From positions 58,052-122,051 of the forward strand of contig DASQMJ010000056.1 in NCBI GenBank assembly GCA_035645535.1: DNA of 64,000 nucleotides, written 5' to 3'. Source of the stretch: Microvirga sp. GTDB taxonomy: Bacteria; Pseudomonadota; Alphaproteobacteria; Rhizobiales; Beijerinckiaceae. Under the pieces are notes generated by a model, which did no database searches, was not told the origin of the DNA, and saw only the letters and a list, made by a program, of their open reading frames with translations. How positions within the stretch are numbered: position 1 is the stretch's first letter; each line of letters begins with the position of its first letter. This document shows, piece by piece, positions 51,251 to 59,974 of the stretch. Position numbers and translations under genes: made by a program.

Positions 51251-52251
51251 TAGAGCCTCTCAATTGGCGAGAGATTACCTACGAAGCTATGCGCCGACGA
51301 AAATCGGAGGGTATGACCCAGGAGGATGTAGCGTCGCTAGCAGGTGTAAGTCGAGCCACTGTAATCGCTCTTGAAAGAGGCGAAACATCAGTGCGCCTTG
51401 ATAAGGCACTTGAGATACTCCGCGTCCTTGGTCTTGCTATAGGCTCTGAGTCAGCCGACGATCAGGACAGCTTTGTCCGCGCAGCCCGGGAGCGATGGGA
51501 GGAACTCGTCGCTCCACTACCACTTACGGCTCCTGCTCGATTTCCTCACGGCTTTGCTGCCTTCGATTACGAAGTATTAGATATAGAAGCACGTCGCCCT
51601 CGGGACTTTCTAAATCTTCTACAACAGGCAGTAGTCCACCAGACAGGCTGGCCTCCGTTTTGGATTCCAAAGAAGGAAGCGCTTCGTCCGACTATTCAGG
51701 ACGGCTTAATTGAATGTTGGCTTGGGAAGCCAAATGTAGACCGAGTCTTCGACGATGCAGCTCACAGCGACTTTTGGCGAGCTTCACCTTCCGGACGCTT
51801 GTATCTTCAAAGAGGCTATCAGGAGGATGGTCCAGACGTACTTGAACCCGGTACAATCTTTGATCTTACCCTTCCAATCTGGCGTTGTGGCGAAATCCTC
51901 TTACACGCAGAGTCTCTCGCACACGCTCTAGCTCCGAATGAGAGCAAGCCTGTGAAGCTGCGGGCCCACTACACTGGATTGGCTGGCAGGGACCTTGTTT
52001 CCTGGGCCAAGCCATCACGCCGCTATGCTGATTTAGATGTTCAACGAAGCCGAACTAATGAAGTCACGACCACAGTGACAGCTGAGTCAAAGTCAATAGT
52101 TCCTGATCTGGCCAACCTAGTTCGGCGCTGGTTAACTCCGCTATACGAACGCTTCGACTTTTTTGATCTGTCGAGCGCACTAGTTGAACAGGAAATCTCG
52201 CAGCTGATGGCTCGGAAGGATCATTTCCGCCCTAATAGGTCACGAGATTGA
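51247..52251 (+). CDS. XRE-HTH (HipB-like) protein fused to a roughly 260-aa domain
   Basis: RRKSEGMTQEDVASLAGVSRATVIALERGE HTH; C-domain with TGWPPF, DFWRASP, RGYQED; GTGA overlap with the hipA stop. Confidence 0.82.
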   Translation: MIEPLNWREITYEAMRRRKSEGMTQEDVASLAGVSRATVIALERGETSVRLDKALEILRVLGLAIGSESADDQDSFVRAARERWEELVAPLPLTAPARFPHGFAAFDYEVLDIEARRPRDFLNLLQQAVVHQTGWPPFWIPKKEALRPTIQDGLIECWLGKPNVDRVFDDAAHSDFWRASPSGRLYLQRGYQEDGPDVLEPGTIFDLTLPIWRCGEILLHAESLAHALAPNESKPVKLRAHYTGLAGRDLVSWAKPSRRYADLDVQRSRTNEVTTTVTAESKSIVPDLANLVRRWLTPLYERFDFFDLSSALVEQEISQLMARKDHFRPNRSRD

Positions 52252-52580
52252 TAGCTTCTGGTTTCACCTGATCTTTCCGGAACTTGAAGGGACCAGCTTA
52301 ATAACCCGGTGACTTGCCCCACTGACGTGAGCCCTGCGGACTCCTCCAGATGTTAGTGTCCGCCCAACCGAATGAGCGGCATATTAGGATCGCTTGGGGT
52401 GGCGCTTGGACAGCTTGAAGCATCCTTAGCATACTCGAACGGTTGGGGTGGCCTGAGCTGCAACCCGTACTCCCAAACATCGGAGCTGCCGGGGGCACGG
52501 GGGGAAGCGCGCTTTTGGTCATTTCAAGTCGGCCTTTCAGATTTTCTCCTCAAAGAAGCCGCTGACTGTAATGGTGTCAT

Positions 52581-53525
52581 ATGAATAATGAAGATGAGAA
52601 TGAGGGATCACACTCGTCATCTGACGACTGCGTGATACCGCCTGCTCTGCCGAAAGGTGACCTGCACAAGCTGATGTTCCGATACTCCGAACAGGAGGCG
52701 CAGGAGATCAGAGATTACGTTGAGTGGCAGTGCCGTGGTGAGGAAACTGTCCTCCACGCCGAAAAGGTTGCCAGTGAGCGCGTCATGGGGGACGACTATG
52801 ACGTGTGGGATGTGCACACGGATAAGCAGAGGTGGTGGGTCGTTACACACCCAACGAACCTGTACTCCCAGACCCTCATGCCGAGCCTAGACTATACCCT
52901 CTCGTTTCATATCGGGCTCATGGCGCGGGTCGCAGCACGCCGTGAACTGGAAGGTTCAGATGCCGAACAGAACCTCGTGATGATAACCTCCCGGAAGTTG
53001 CTTCAGGCTGGCGAAGCACTTGATGCTGCGGACGAGGCGGAGGAGTTCCAAGCTGTCGGAATGCGGTGCCGCGAGTGCCTGATCACCTTTATCCGAGAAC
53101 TGACGAATGTTGTTGATCTAGGCGCTGGAGACACACGACCGAAGGCAGCTGACTTCCCTGCTTGGAACGAGTTGATTGCAAACGCTGTCGCACCTGGGTC
53201 GTCAGCGGAGTACGTGCGCGGGTATCTAAAAACTACAGGGGAGCGGGCTTGGCGGCTGGTGAACTGGCTGACCCACACCTCCAACGCAGGTCGAGCCGAC
53301 GCCCAATTGGCATGGAGCTCCACAGAGCACGTGATCATCAACTACACGCGAGCTGTCCTCAAGATGAAAGCCAAAGCGCCAGAGCAGTGTGGGCGCTGCA
53401 AATCCTTTCAGATCACGGTGGACTGGCGTCCAGATCTCGGTGAGACGGGAATGTACATCGCAAGGTGCGAGGCTTGTGGTGCAGAGGGGCTTCCGGCAGA
53501 CGACGCGACGACCTCAGATCATTGA
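52581..53525 (+). CDS. Hypothetical protein with C-terminal Zn ribbon
   Basis: 314-aa ORF; VWDVHTD...WWVVT.PTNLYSQ N-domain, helical middle (WRLVNWLTH), CGRC...CEAC. Confidence 0.75.
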   Translation: MNNEDENEGSHSSSDDCVIPPALPKGDLHKLMFRYSEQEAQEIRDYVEWQCRGEETVLHAEKVASERVMGDDYDVWDVHTDKQRWWVVTHPTNLYSQTLMPSLDYTLSFHIGLMARVAARRELEGSDAEQNLVMITSRKLLQAGEALDAADEAEEFQAVGMRCRECLITFIRELTNVVDLGAGDTRPKAADFPAWNELIANAVAPGSSAEYVRGYLKTTGERAWRLVNWLTHTSNAGRADAQLAWSSTEHVIINYTRAVLKMKAKAPEQCGRCKSFQITVDWRPDLGETGMYIARCEACGAEGLPADDATTSDH

Positions 53526-53688
53526 AACAGGTACACAGAAGTGGTACACAGCCTGATAGGTGAGTGGACTGAAACCCTTGTAAAACAAGGTTTTTAGGAG
53601 CAGGAGAGCTAGTCCTCTCCTGGGCACCAACCCCTTCAGGGGTTAGTGTTTTAGATCAATAGCTTAGGTCCGTTGCGATGGCGCTCGT

Positions 53689-53708
53689 GGTGATACACGG
53701 GTGATACA
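53689..53708 (+). repeat. Arm-type repeats, element 2 left end
   Basis: GGTGATACA at 53689 and 53700; matching pair at 59659 and 59671. Confidence 0.8.
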
Positions 53709-53746
53709 TCATGCGTCGGGCCTTTTTTGTTTATGGGGTTTTCCAG

Positions 53747-55126
53747 GTGGGGGTTCAGTACCTCAGCCAAAAGAACGGGGTGTTCTGGTACTACCGGAGA
53801 GTCCCCAAGGATGTTCGCGCTCACCATGGCGGCAAGGACTTCATCAGGAAGAGCCTTCAGACGCGTGACCCCCATGTTGCGGCCAAGAAAGTGGCGGCCC
53901 TTGCTGCTGCCGACGATGCTGTTTGGAAGTCTCTCCGGTCACCGACAGCACAGGACTTGGGTCTGACCACCCAGGAAAACCGTCGCGCGGCTGAGACGCT
54001 TCTTGCCTCTTTGGGGCTTGCCCAGGGCGATGCCTATCGCCCCAAGCTGGATGGCTATCACGTGGAGGTCTTCGATCAGTATTTTGAGGGACGCTACGGC
54101 GCGAGATATTTGGAGGTCCGGTACGACCCCCAGCAAACTCAGGAGGACCTTGAGCGGCTTTTCACTCCTGTCGAGCGTGAGGCCGTGCGTTTAGTCCTGG
54201 AGGATCCTCAGAAGCATCGTGTCCTTCTGACTGACGCCTTGGAGGTGTATCTCAAGAACCACGACAAGGGTGGACAGGAAAAGTTCGCCAGAGATACCCG
54301 CCGTGCCGTCCAGCATGTGATTGCGTCCGTCGGTGACCTTCCCCTTGAGGCTTACAGGCGGGAACACGCTAATGCTGTGCGGGATTTCCTACTTGCTAGG
54401 GGTGGCAAGACCGGGACCGTTCGGCGCGACCTCAACCGCATTAAGGCCGTGTTCAATGTTGGTCTAACGGAGTTTGACCTTTGGGCCATCAAGAGCCCCT
54501 TTGAGAAACTCCGCATTGTCAATGAAGACCAGGACGCTGAAAAGCGTGAGCCGTTCACGACTCAGGAGCTTCAGGCGATCAATCAGGCGTGTCACGAAAG
54601 GAATGATGACATCCGGCACATCATTGCGCTTCAGGCCGACACAGGTGCCCGACTGGGTGAGATTGTGGGCCTCAGGGTGGAGGATGTGGTGTTGGACCAT
54701 GCCACCCCTCACATTTACATCCGCCCCTATCCAAAGCTGGGCAGGACTCTCAAGACTGACGCCAGTGAACGTAGGGTACCACTGGTAGGCATGGCTCTGT
54801 GGGCGGCCCAGAAGGCAGTGGAGGCCGCTAAGAGGGCCAAGGGCAAGCCGGGATGGCTGTTCCTGCGCTATGCCTCTGATGGTGACATCAAGTCCACTAA
54901 TGCCGCAAACGCCATCAACAAATGGCTCAGGGCAGTCACGAAGACAGACAAAACCAGTCACTCTTTCCGGCATACCATGCGGGATAGAATGCGGCACGTG
55001 GGGATGCCCTCAGACATCCAGGACGCGATTGGGGGCTGGGGCACTAAGACCGTGGGAATGGGCTACGGGGAAGGTTATCGCCTGGAGCAACTTAAAGGGT
55101 GGTTGGGTAAGGTGGTTTTGGATTGA
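53747..55126 (+). CDS. Tyrosine integrase with DUF6538-like N-terminal domain
   Basis: GVFWYYRRVPKDV N-domain; TGARLGEI, LKT..SERRVP, HSFRH, IGGW, GYG; start at 53747 (GTG) or 53711. Confidence 0.93.
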   Translation: MGVQYLSQKNGVFWYYRRVPKDVRAHHGGKDFIRKSLQTRDPHVAAKKVAALAAADDAVWKSLRSPTAQDLGLTTQENRRAAETLLASLGLAQGDAYRPKLDGYHVEVFDQYFEGRYGARYLEVRYDPQQTQEDLERLFTPVEREAVRLVLEDPQKHRVLLTDALEVYLKNHDKGGQEKFARDTRRAVQHVIASVGDLPLEAYRREHANAVRDFLLARGGKTGTVRRDLNRIKAVFNVGLTEFDLWAIKSPFEKLRIVNEDQDAEKREPFTTQELQAINQACHERNDDIRHIIALQADTGARLGEIVGLRVEDVVLDHATPHIYIRPYPKLGRTLKTDASERRVPLVGMALWAAQKAVEAAKRAKGKPGWLFLRYASDGDIKSTNAANAINKWLRAVTKTDKTSHSFRHTMRDRMRHVGMPSDIQDAIGGWGTKTVGMGYGEGYRLEQLKGWLGKVVLD

Positions 55127-55241
55127 AATCTCATCCAGCTATCTCTGCGGCCCTTCAGTCCTTCTGAGGGGCATCCAGGTGTGCAAAATGCACAGTAGAT
55201 AGGTGTACACCCAAGAGCCCCATAAGCCCTTGGGTGCCTCA

Positions 55242-56093
55242 TCAGATGCCTGGGACTAACCCAGCATTCACAGCCCTCTCCTGTTCCTCATCTTCTCTCA
55301 TGAGGTCCTCAACGACATCCAGAGCAATGCTGGCCCATTGCAGCACCAAGGCCCTGGCTAGGTTAGGACTGATGCCTTCAATAGCTTTAGCCAGAATGTC
55401 TGGACTCTTGGCATAGTGGATGACGTTCAAACTCAGCATTGCCTCCCTGAGTTCATCAACCTTTCTTTGCTGCCAATCTGGGTCAGGATTAGCCCTGGCT
55501 TCCTCAGTTGCACCTTGCATGACCTCAGCCCATGAGAGGTCTTTGACAGTCTCACCTTTTGCCCTGATGGTTTTTCTCATCTTGGCAACGGTCCCTTGAG
55601 CAATCCCAGCCCTCTTGGCAGTCCAGTCCTTGGATAGATCCTTCATCCCCTCAAAGAACCATTCCTTGGTGTAGTCCCAAGCTTTCTCTTGCCGCTCTTG
55701 GAGAGTTAGGGGCCGCTGCCCTTTGCTGTTAGCCGTGAAGGCGGCTTCCCTAGCTTCCCTAAGGTTGCCTTGGAACACCTGGACAGGGACAGGTTGCTCC
55801 CACCAGACCTCCTGGTAAGCCTTGAGACGGTGGTGGCCATCAATCACGACAAGCTGCCCATCCCGTTCATAGACGGTAATAGGGTCCAGGGGCTCCTTGG
55901 TGTTCCTCAGGTGCCTAACGAGGTCTTTGATTTGCTCTTTGCCTTCCCAAGTGCGTTCCCAGCCGTGTTCGCGCCACTGGAAGGTAGCTTCATCTGTATG
56001 AATGTCCTCAAGGGCAACATGGGTCACACTTCCAAGCTGTGACCGGCCATCAATCTTATTTTCCAAAGCAACAACTCCAGCAATCAAGTTCAT
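55242..56093 (-). CDS. ParB/Srx N-terminal domain protein
   Basis: LDPITV...VVIDGHHRLKAY motif followed by HTH-like AKRAGIAQGTVAK. Confidence 0.78.
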   Translation of the reverse strand: MNLIAGVVALENKIDGRSQLGSVTHVALEDIHTDEATFQWREHGWERTWEGKEQIKDLVRHLRNTKEPLDPITVYERDGQLVVIDGHHRLKAYQEVWWEQPVPVQVFQGNLREAREAAFTANSKGQRPLTLQERQEKAWDYTKEWFFEGMKDLSKDWTAKRAGIAQGTVAKMRKTIRAKGETVKDLSWAEVMQGATEEARANPDPDWQQRKVDELREAMLSLNVIHYAKSPDILAKAIEGISPNLARALVLQWASIALDVVEDLMREDEEQERAVNAGLVPGI

Positions 56094-56303
56094 GATTGTG
56101 GTTGCATGAAGCTTACCATGGCGTCCAGATGGTGATTTTATATAATTTTAACCCAAGTCATTCCACAAATGACAACTATGCTTGACGATTTCCCTGGATT
56201 TCCGCGTAATCTTTGGCCATTAATTATTCTACATCTGACAAATTCATCCCAATGCATTCAAAAGACAGAATGTCGCACCTCAAGTAGGGTCCTGGCATCA
56301 TTC

Positions 56304-56984
56304 CTAATATTCAATCATGTTCTTGATGGATTGGGCACTGAAGGCCTTGCCCTTGGAATCCAGGTAGCCAACTTGGGCCAACTCCTGGGCAACGGCTCTA
56401 AGGGACCGCCGCTTGCCATTTACAGGATAGCGGTGGAGTTTCTTGGCTAAAGCCACCATGGATGGATCCAACTCCCTGAAGCTCTTTCGACCCTCAACCT
56501 TGGCCCCTGTGGCCCTCTTGCGGTCCCGTGCGGCTTTGAGCTTGTGAATCAACCGTGCCTTCTCAAGTTCAGCAAAGGCTCCTGCAATCTGCCTCATGGC
56601 CTTCTTGAAGGGGTCATCAGTGGTGGTCAGGTTGTCCCCTGTGGCGGTTAGGACCGTCACGCCCCTCTCAATGAGGGCCAGAATGCCTAATTCCTGAGTG
56701 ACTAGGTCACGGGCAAATCTGGATGCATCTTCCACGATGACGATACGGACTCCATTTCCCTCAATCCGGTCCAGGAGGGCTGAGAAGCCAGGGCGTGTCT
56801 CAATAGGGTCTGCCCCAGAGACACCAGGGTCATAGAACTCATCCACGACCTCATACCCGGCATGTTTGGCAAAGGTGGCTATCGCGTCTCGCTGGCGCTT
56901 ATCGCTATCCTTGGTGCTTCCAACATTGGCGGCCGAGGATGTCCTAAGGTAGGCCACAGCCTTGCTCTTTTCCTTGTGTGCCAT
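56304..56984 (-). CDS. Serine recombinase (resolvase family)
   Basis: AVAYLRTSS, DPGVSG, RPGF, ASRFARD, AFAELEK; inverted repeat ATGTCAA..TTGACAT at 57001-57030 upstream. Confidence 0.92.
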   Translation of the reverse strand: MAHKEKSKAVAYLRTSSAANVGSTKDSDKRQRDAIATFAKHAGYEVVDEFYDPGVSGADPIETRPGFSALLDRIEGNGVRIVIVEDASRFARDLVTQELGILALIERGVTVLTATGDNLTTTDDPFKKAMRQIAGAFAELEKARLIHKLKAARDRKRATGAKVEGRKSFRELDPSMVALAKKLHRYPVNGKRRSLRAVAQELAQVGYLDSKGKAFSAQSIKNMIEY

Positions 56985-57201
56985 GATCTTCAGCCCCCCA
57001 ATGTCAACATTTCCTGAGATAAATTGACATATTGAGTTTAGGGGCGCAACTGCGACCAGCGTCAAAGAGGAAAGCATGAGGAGGCTTGGCGGCGCCGTAC
57101 GAGGAATATTAGCCCGCAAGCAAGACTAGACTCTCACGAAAAAGGCGTGTGTTGTGTCTGCCCAAAGAGGGAAGACCTTCTCTTCGGAGGGCCTGGGGAA
57201 A

Positions 57202-58041
57202 ATGCCAACAGATGTATATGAGTTGTTTCGTGTTTCGCTGATTAAGAGGCCTCAGGCCGACATGTTCGCAGGGGAGGACCATACAAGAGAAGAGTACCTT
57301 AGAGCGGTATTTGGCGAAAGGTGGACCTTTGAACACTATGGAACAACTATCCACTACGTGCCAAGTGATGTAAAACTAGGATCTGAGTATATTCTAGGGC
57401 GGATAGGTCGTGCGGTTAAGTCGGTAGAGAACGCACCGCCTGAGGCCGGATTTCAGGAAACCATGCGGGAGGGGTGGAAGGCGGCTGTGGTGGCTGTGGA
57501 CCCGAGAGATATGGTTGATGGGCAGAAGATTGCCATACAATTGGAGCGTCAACTAGGGAAGCCTTTATCCCTAATCCGTTCGTTCTTGAATCATGTGAAT
57601 GGGACTTGGACAACCACCGCATACACTATTGAGGTCCAACCCATATTTAATGCGGAAACCTTCTGGCAATTTGCTGAAGAAAACAAAGGGGAGGTTGTAT
57701 CCATTACCTTCGATTTTGTTGTCCCCAATGGCCTTTGGACAGCTAGTACGTCTCTGCGTGATGAGTTGAGGGCTGCACGAGAGACCATCAATGCACAAGA
57801 AGTGTCAACCACAATAAAAAGCCCAACAGGGCTGGACACAGATAGTAAGCAAATTAGGGAGGCTGTTGCCTATACAGAAACGGGCAGCGGTGCCGTGAGG
57901 GCGAAGACGCGGCATGGTAAGACGTACAGTTCTGCAACAAGAGCCAAACAAACCCGCGTCCCTATAAATGTTCAAGAGGACAAGAGGGATCGCCTAGAGA
58001 GGGCTGAGGCCAATTTAGCAAAGATTCTTGGCCATGAATAA
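57202..58041 (+). CDS. Hypothetical soluble protein (DUF4747-like by eye)
   Basis: 279-aa low-GC ORF with LGRIGR, FDFVVPNG, INAQEV..TIKS..GL; family assignment tentative. Confidence 0.65.
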   Translation: MPTDVYELFRVSLIKRPQADMFAGEDHTREEYLRAVFGERWTFEHYGTTIHYVPSDVKLGSEYILGRIGRAVKSVENAPPEAGFQETMREGWKAAVVAVDPRDMVDGQKIAIQLERQLGKPLSLIRSFLNHVNGTWTTTAYTIEVQPIFNAETFWQFAEENKGEVVSITFDFVVPNGLWTASTSLRDELRAARETINAQEVSTTIKSPTGLDTDSKQIREAVAYTETGSGAVRAKTRHGKTYSSATRAKQTRVPINVQEDKRDRLERAEANLAKILGHE

Positions 58042-58489
58042 CATCGTTGCAGTGTGTGCAATGCTCTGCTCAATAACCTTCCTTGCTATTGCCACTCTCG
58101 CGGCACCTTGGGTCATTAGCGATTACAATAAGTTCTTGTTAGGTTTCGTTAACCAAGAATTTCTTAGCTTTATGGGCGTTATCGTAACAATAACGCTTGC
58201 CTCAGCCGCAAATATCCACATTGAGCTTAACCGCTATGAGGAAGCGCACGAAGGTGTAAGTTTCGCAAACACAAAACGTCATGTTCGCCATTCTGCCTAT
58301 GCGCTGGTTGGGGCGTTATGTGCGTCTATTCTGACGGTTGTAATTAAACCCTTAGTGTCCGGCACAGAAACAGGACAGGCGGTAGCAAACGGTTTCGCTC
58401 TTCTAATCCTGGTCTTTAGCACCCTTATTCTAATCGACCTTACCCAAGCTGCGTTCGCCCTAGAGCCTCTAAAGAGGCCCAAGCGTTAA
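58034..58489 (+). CDS. Hypothetical 4-TM membrane protein
   Basis: Four hydrophobic stretches; overlaps the upstream stop by 8 nt. Confidence 0.72.
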   Translation: MNNIVAVCAMLCSITFLAIATLAAPWVISDYNKFLLGFVNQEFLSFMGVIVTITLASAANIHIELNRYEEAHEGVSFANTKRHVRHSAYALVGALCASILTVVIKPLVSGTETGQAVANGFALLILVFSTLILIDLTQAAFALEPLKRPKR

Positions 58490-58830
58490 CCTAATGGCAG
58501 GCATCTTGAAGCGGTAGGCGGCTGGTTCTCCGGCATCTGGCAACGATGCTCATATGGTTCCTAGCACAACAGCAAGGCCCCCGCTGGGAGGGGCCATAAG
58601 GGGTTTTCCAAAAACAGGGTTAAAGGGTTTGTTCTTGTTGGACCTGAGAGGCGCGTGAAGCCTCTGGAGAACTTCTGGGACTCCTAAGCCCTCCAGATTA
58701 TTCAAAGTGCGTCCACCCCTTCCCAGAGACACTCCTATCCTTCTCAGGGTAACTATAGGTACAGATACCTAGTGAAGTCCTGGACGGCTTACAAAACAAT
58801 GCTACGCTTAGGCTCTCTACGGGGGCACAA

Positions 58831-59256
58831 ATGACAATCGCGACCGACTATGGACGCATTTCGCGAGAGCAGCCGAAACCTGCTGTTCGTCTCAAGTGGC
58901 TCAAATACACGTGGCGCGTACTGCTGAACCTTCTGTACCTGGGTGTCATTTCCGTCGTGTTTATGAGCATTCACAACGACCAAACCCAAATCATCGTTTC
59001 AATTGGGGGGCTTTTGTGGGTTGCGATTAAAACATCCGCTATTGGACAGAGCTTCTACTCCGGCATTGCATTGTCCGAAATCGCAAGGGAGCTTGATGCG
59101 ATACATCAACGGTTAAAGGGATTGCCTGTTGACACAACCGCCCATGCCCACTCTGAAGAGGTTCTGATCTACCATCAGGTCAGGATGGGGATAGATGCCG
59201 CATTTATGGGCCTAATAAGCCTAATCTGTCTCTTTCAGTTCTTCACGGCACTCTGA
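58831..59256 (+). CDS. Hypothetical membrane protein (3 TM)
   Basis: 141-aa ORF with GGGGG RBS-like sequence and hydrophobic segments. Confidence 0.6.
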   Translation: MTIATDYGRISREQPKPAVRLKWLKYTWRVLLNLLYLGVISVVFMSIHNDQTQIIVSIGGLLWVAIKTSAIGQSFYSGIALSEIARELDAIHQRLKGLPVDTTAHAHSEEVLIYHQVRMGIDAAFMGLISLICLFQFFTAL

Positions 59257-59328
59257 TGTTTAAGTGCCTCTAACTAGGTGTTCAGACAGACTACCCATTC
59301 AAAGAGCGGGTGAGAGGCTAGTTGGGCC

Positions 59329-59652
59329 ATGTCTATGCGTGGGTGGGTACGGGTCTTGGGGCTAGCTTGTCTGGCTGGGTCTGTGACGTGGTGGCTATCG
59401 TTCTTTGACAGGGTTAGCAGTGTAATAGGAGCGGCGGTCCAAGACCTCTTTCCGGATGCGTGGCCTTGCCTGTTCTACACAACCACCCCCTGCCAAGTCG
59501 TATATAATATTGCAGAAGTGGCGGGCTCACTATCGTACAGACCCTTTCTTACATGGATCGGGCTGGGTCTACTCGCATTCAGTTCATTCGTGTCAATTGA
59601 CGTTGAGCCAGATTTCCTGCCCCCAAAAGAGCGGAAGGACCCAAGGTTCTGA
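59329..59652 (+). CDS. Hypothetical small membrane protein
   Basis: Two TM segments flanking a PCLF...C loop and a Y.P motif. Confidence 0.6.
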   Translation: MSMRGWVRVLGLACLAGSVTWWLSFFDRVSSVIGAAVQDLFPDAWPCLFYTTTPCQVVYNIAEVAGSLSYRPFLTWIGLGLLAFSSFVSIDVEPDFLPPKERKDPRF

Positions 59653-59974
59653 TGAACCGGTGATACACGGGGTGATACAGGCTCTTTTCGTTCAACAAAG
59701 AAAGCTGTAATTACAAAGCGTTATAGTGCCATCGGAATGGTCCCAATGCTTCTCCTGGGCACCAACCCTTCTCTAAGGGGTTGATGCACGATCATTCCAG
59801 CACAAAGCCGACAGTTTCCTGCTCCCGGGGAGCTCCCGCCGTCTTCGCGGGCCGCGCGGAGGCGTGCTGCGTGATCTGATTGCTTTCGGGCCTGCTCGAA
59901 CTCACCCAGACCGCCCGCAGCGCAGACGTCGCGTTCGCGCCTGCAGGGCTGCGTCGATCCCCGGCAGTCGCGTG

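Larger units (their letters stand above)
44314..53629. mobile_element. Integrative element 1 (about 9.3 kb) in the tRNA-Leu 3' end
   Basis: 19-bp direct repeat AGTCCTCTCCTGGGCACCA at 44314-44332 and 53611-53629; integrase beside the tRNA; paired GGTACACA arm repeats at both ends; GC drop. Confidence 0.93.
53611..59764. mobile_element. Integrative element 2 (about 6.1 kb), tandem to element 1
   Basis: tRNA 3' copies at 53611-53629 and 59751-59764 (TCTCCTGGGCACCA); own integrase; GGTGATACA pairs at both ends; IHF-like GATCAATAGCTTA at 53654. Confidence 0.92.

Noticed and set aside
58490-58830. Intergenic stretch with a hairpin and a CTATAGG motif reminiscent of phage RNA polymerase promoters
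   Set aside because: Single weak occurrence, no repeated promoter consensus and no polymerase gene
44333-59764. Prophage or ICE interpretation of the islands
   Set aside because: No capsid, terminase, tail, relaxase or type IV secretion genes; only integrases, resolvases and cargo
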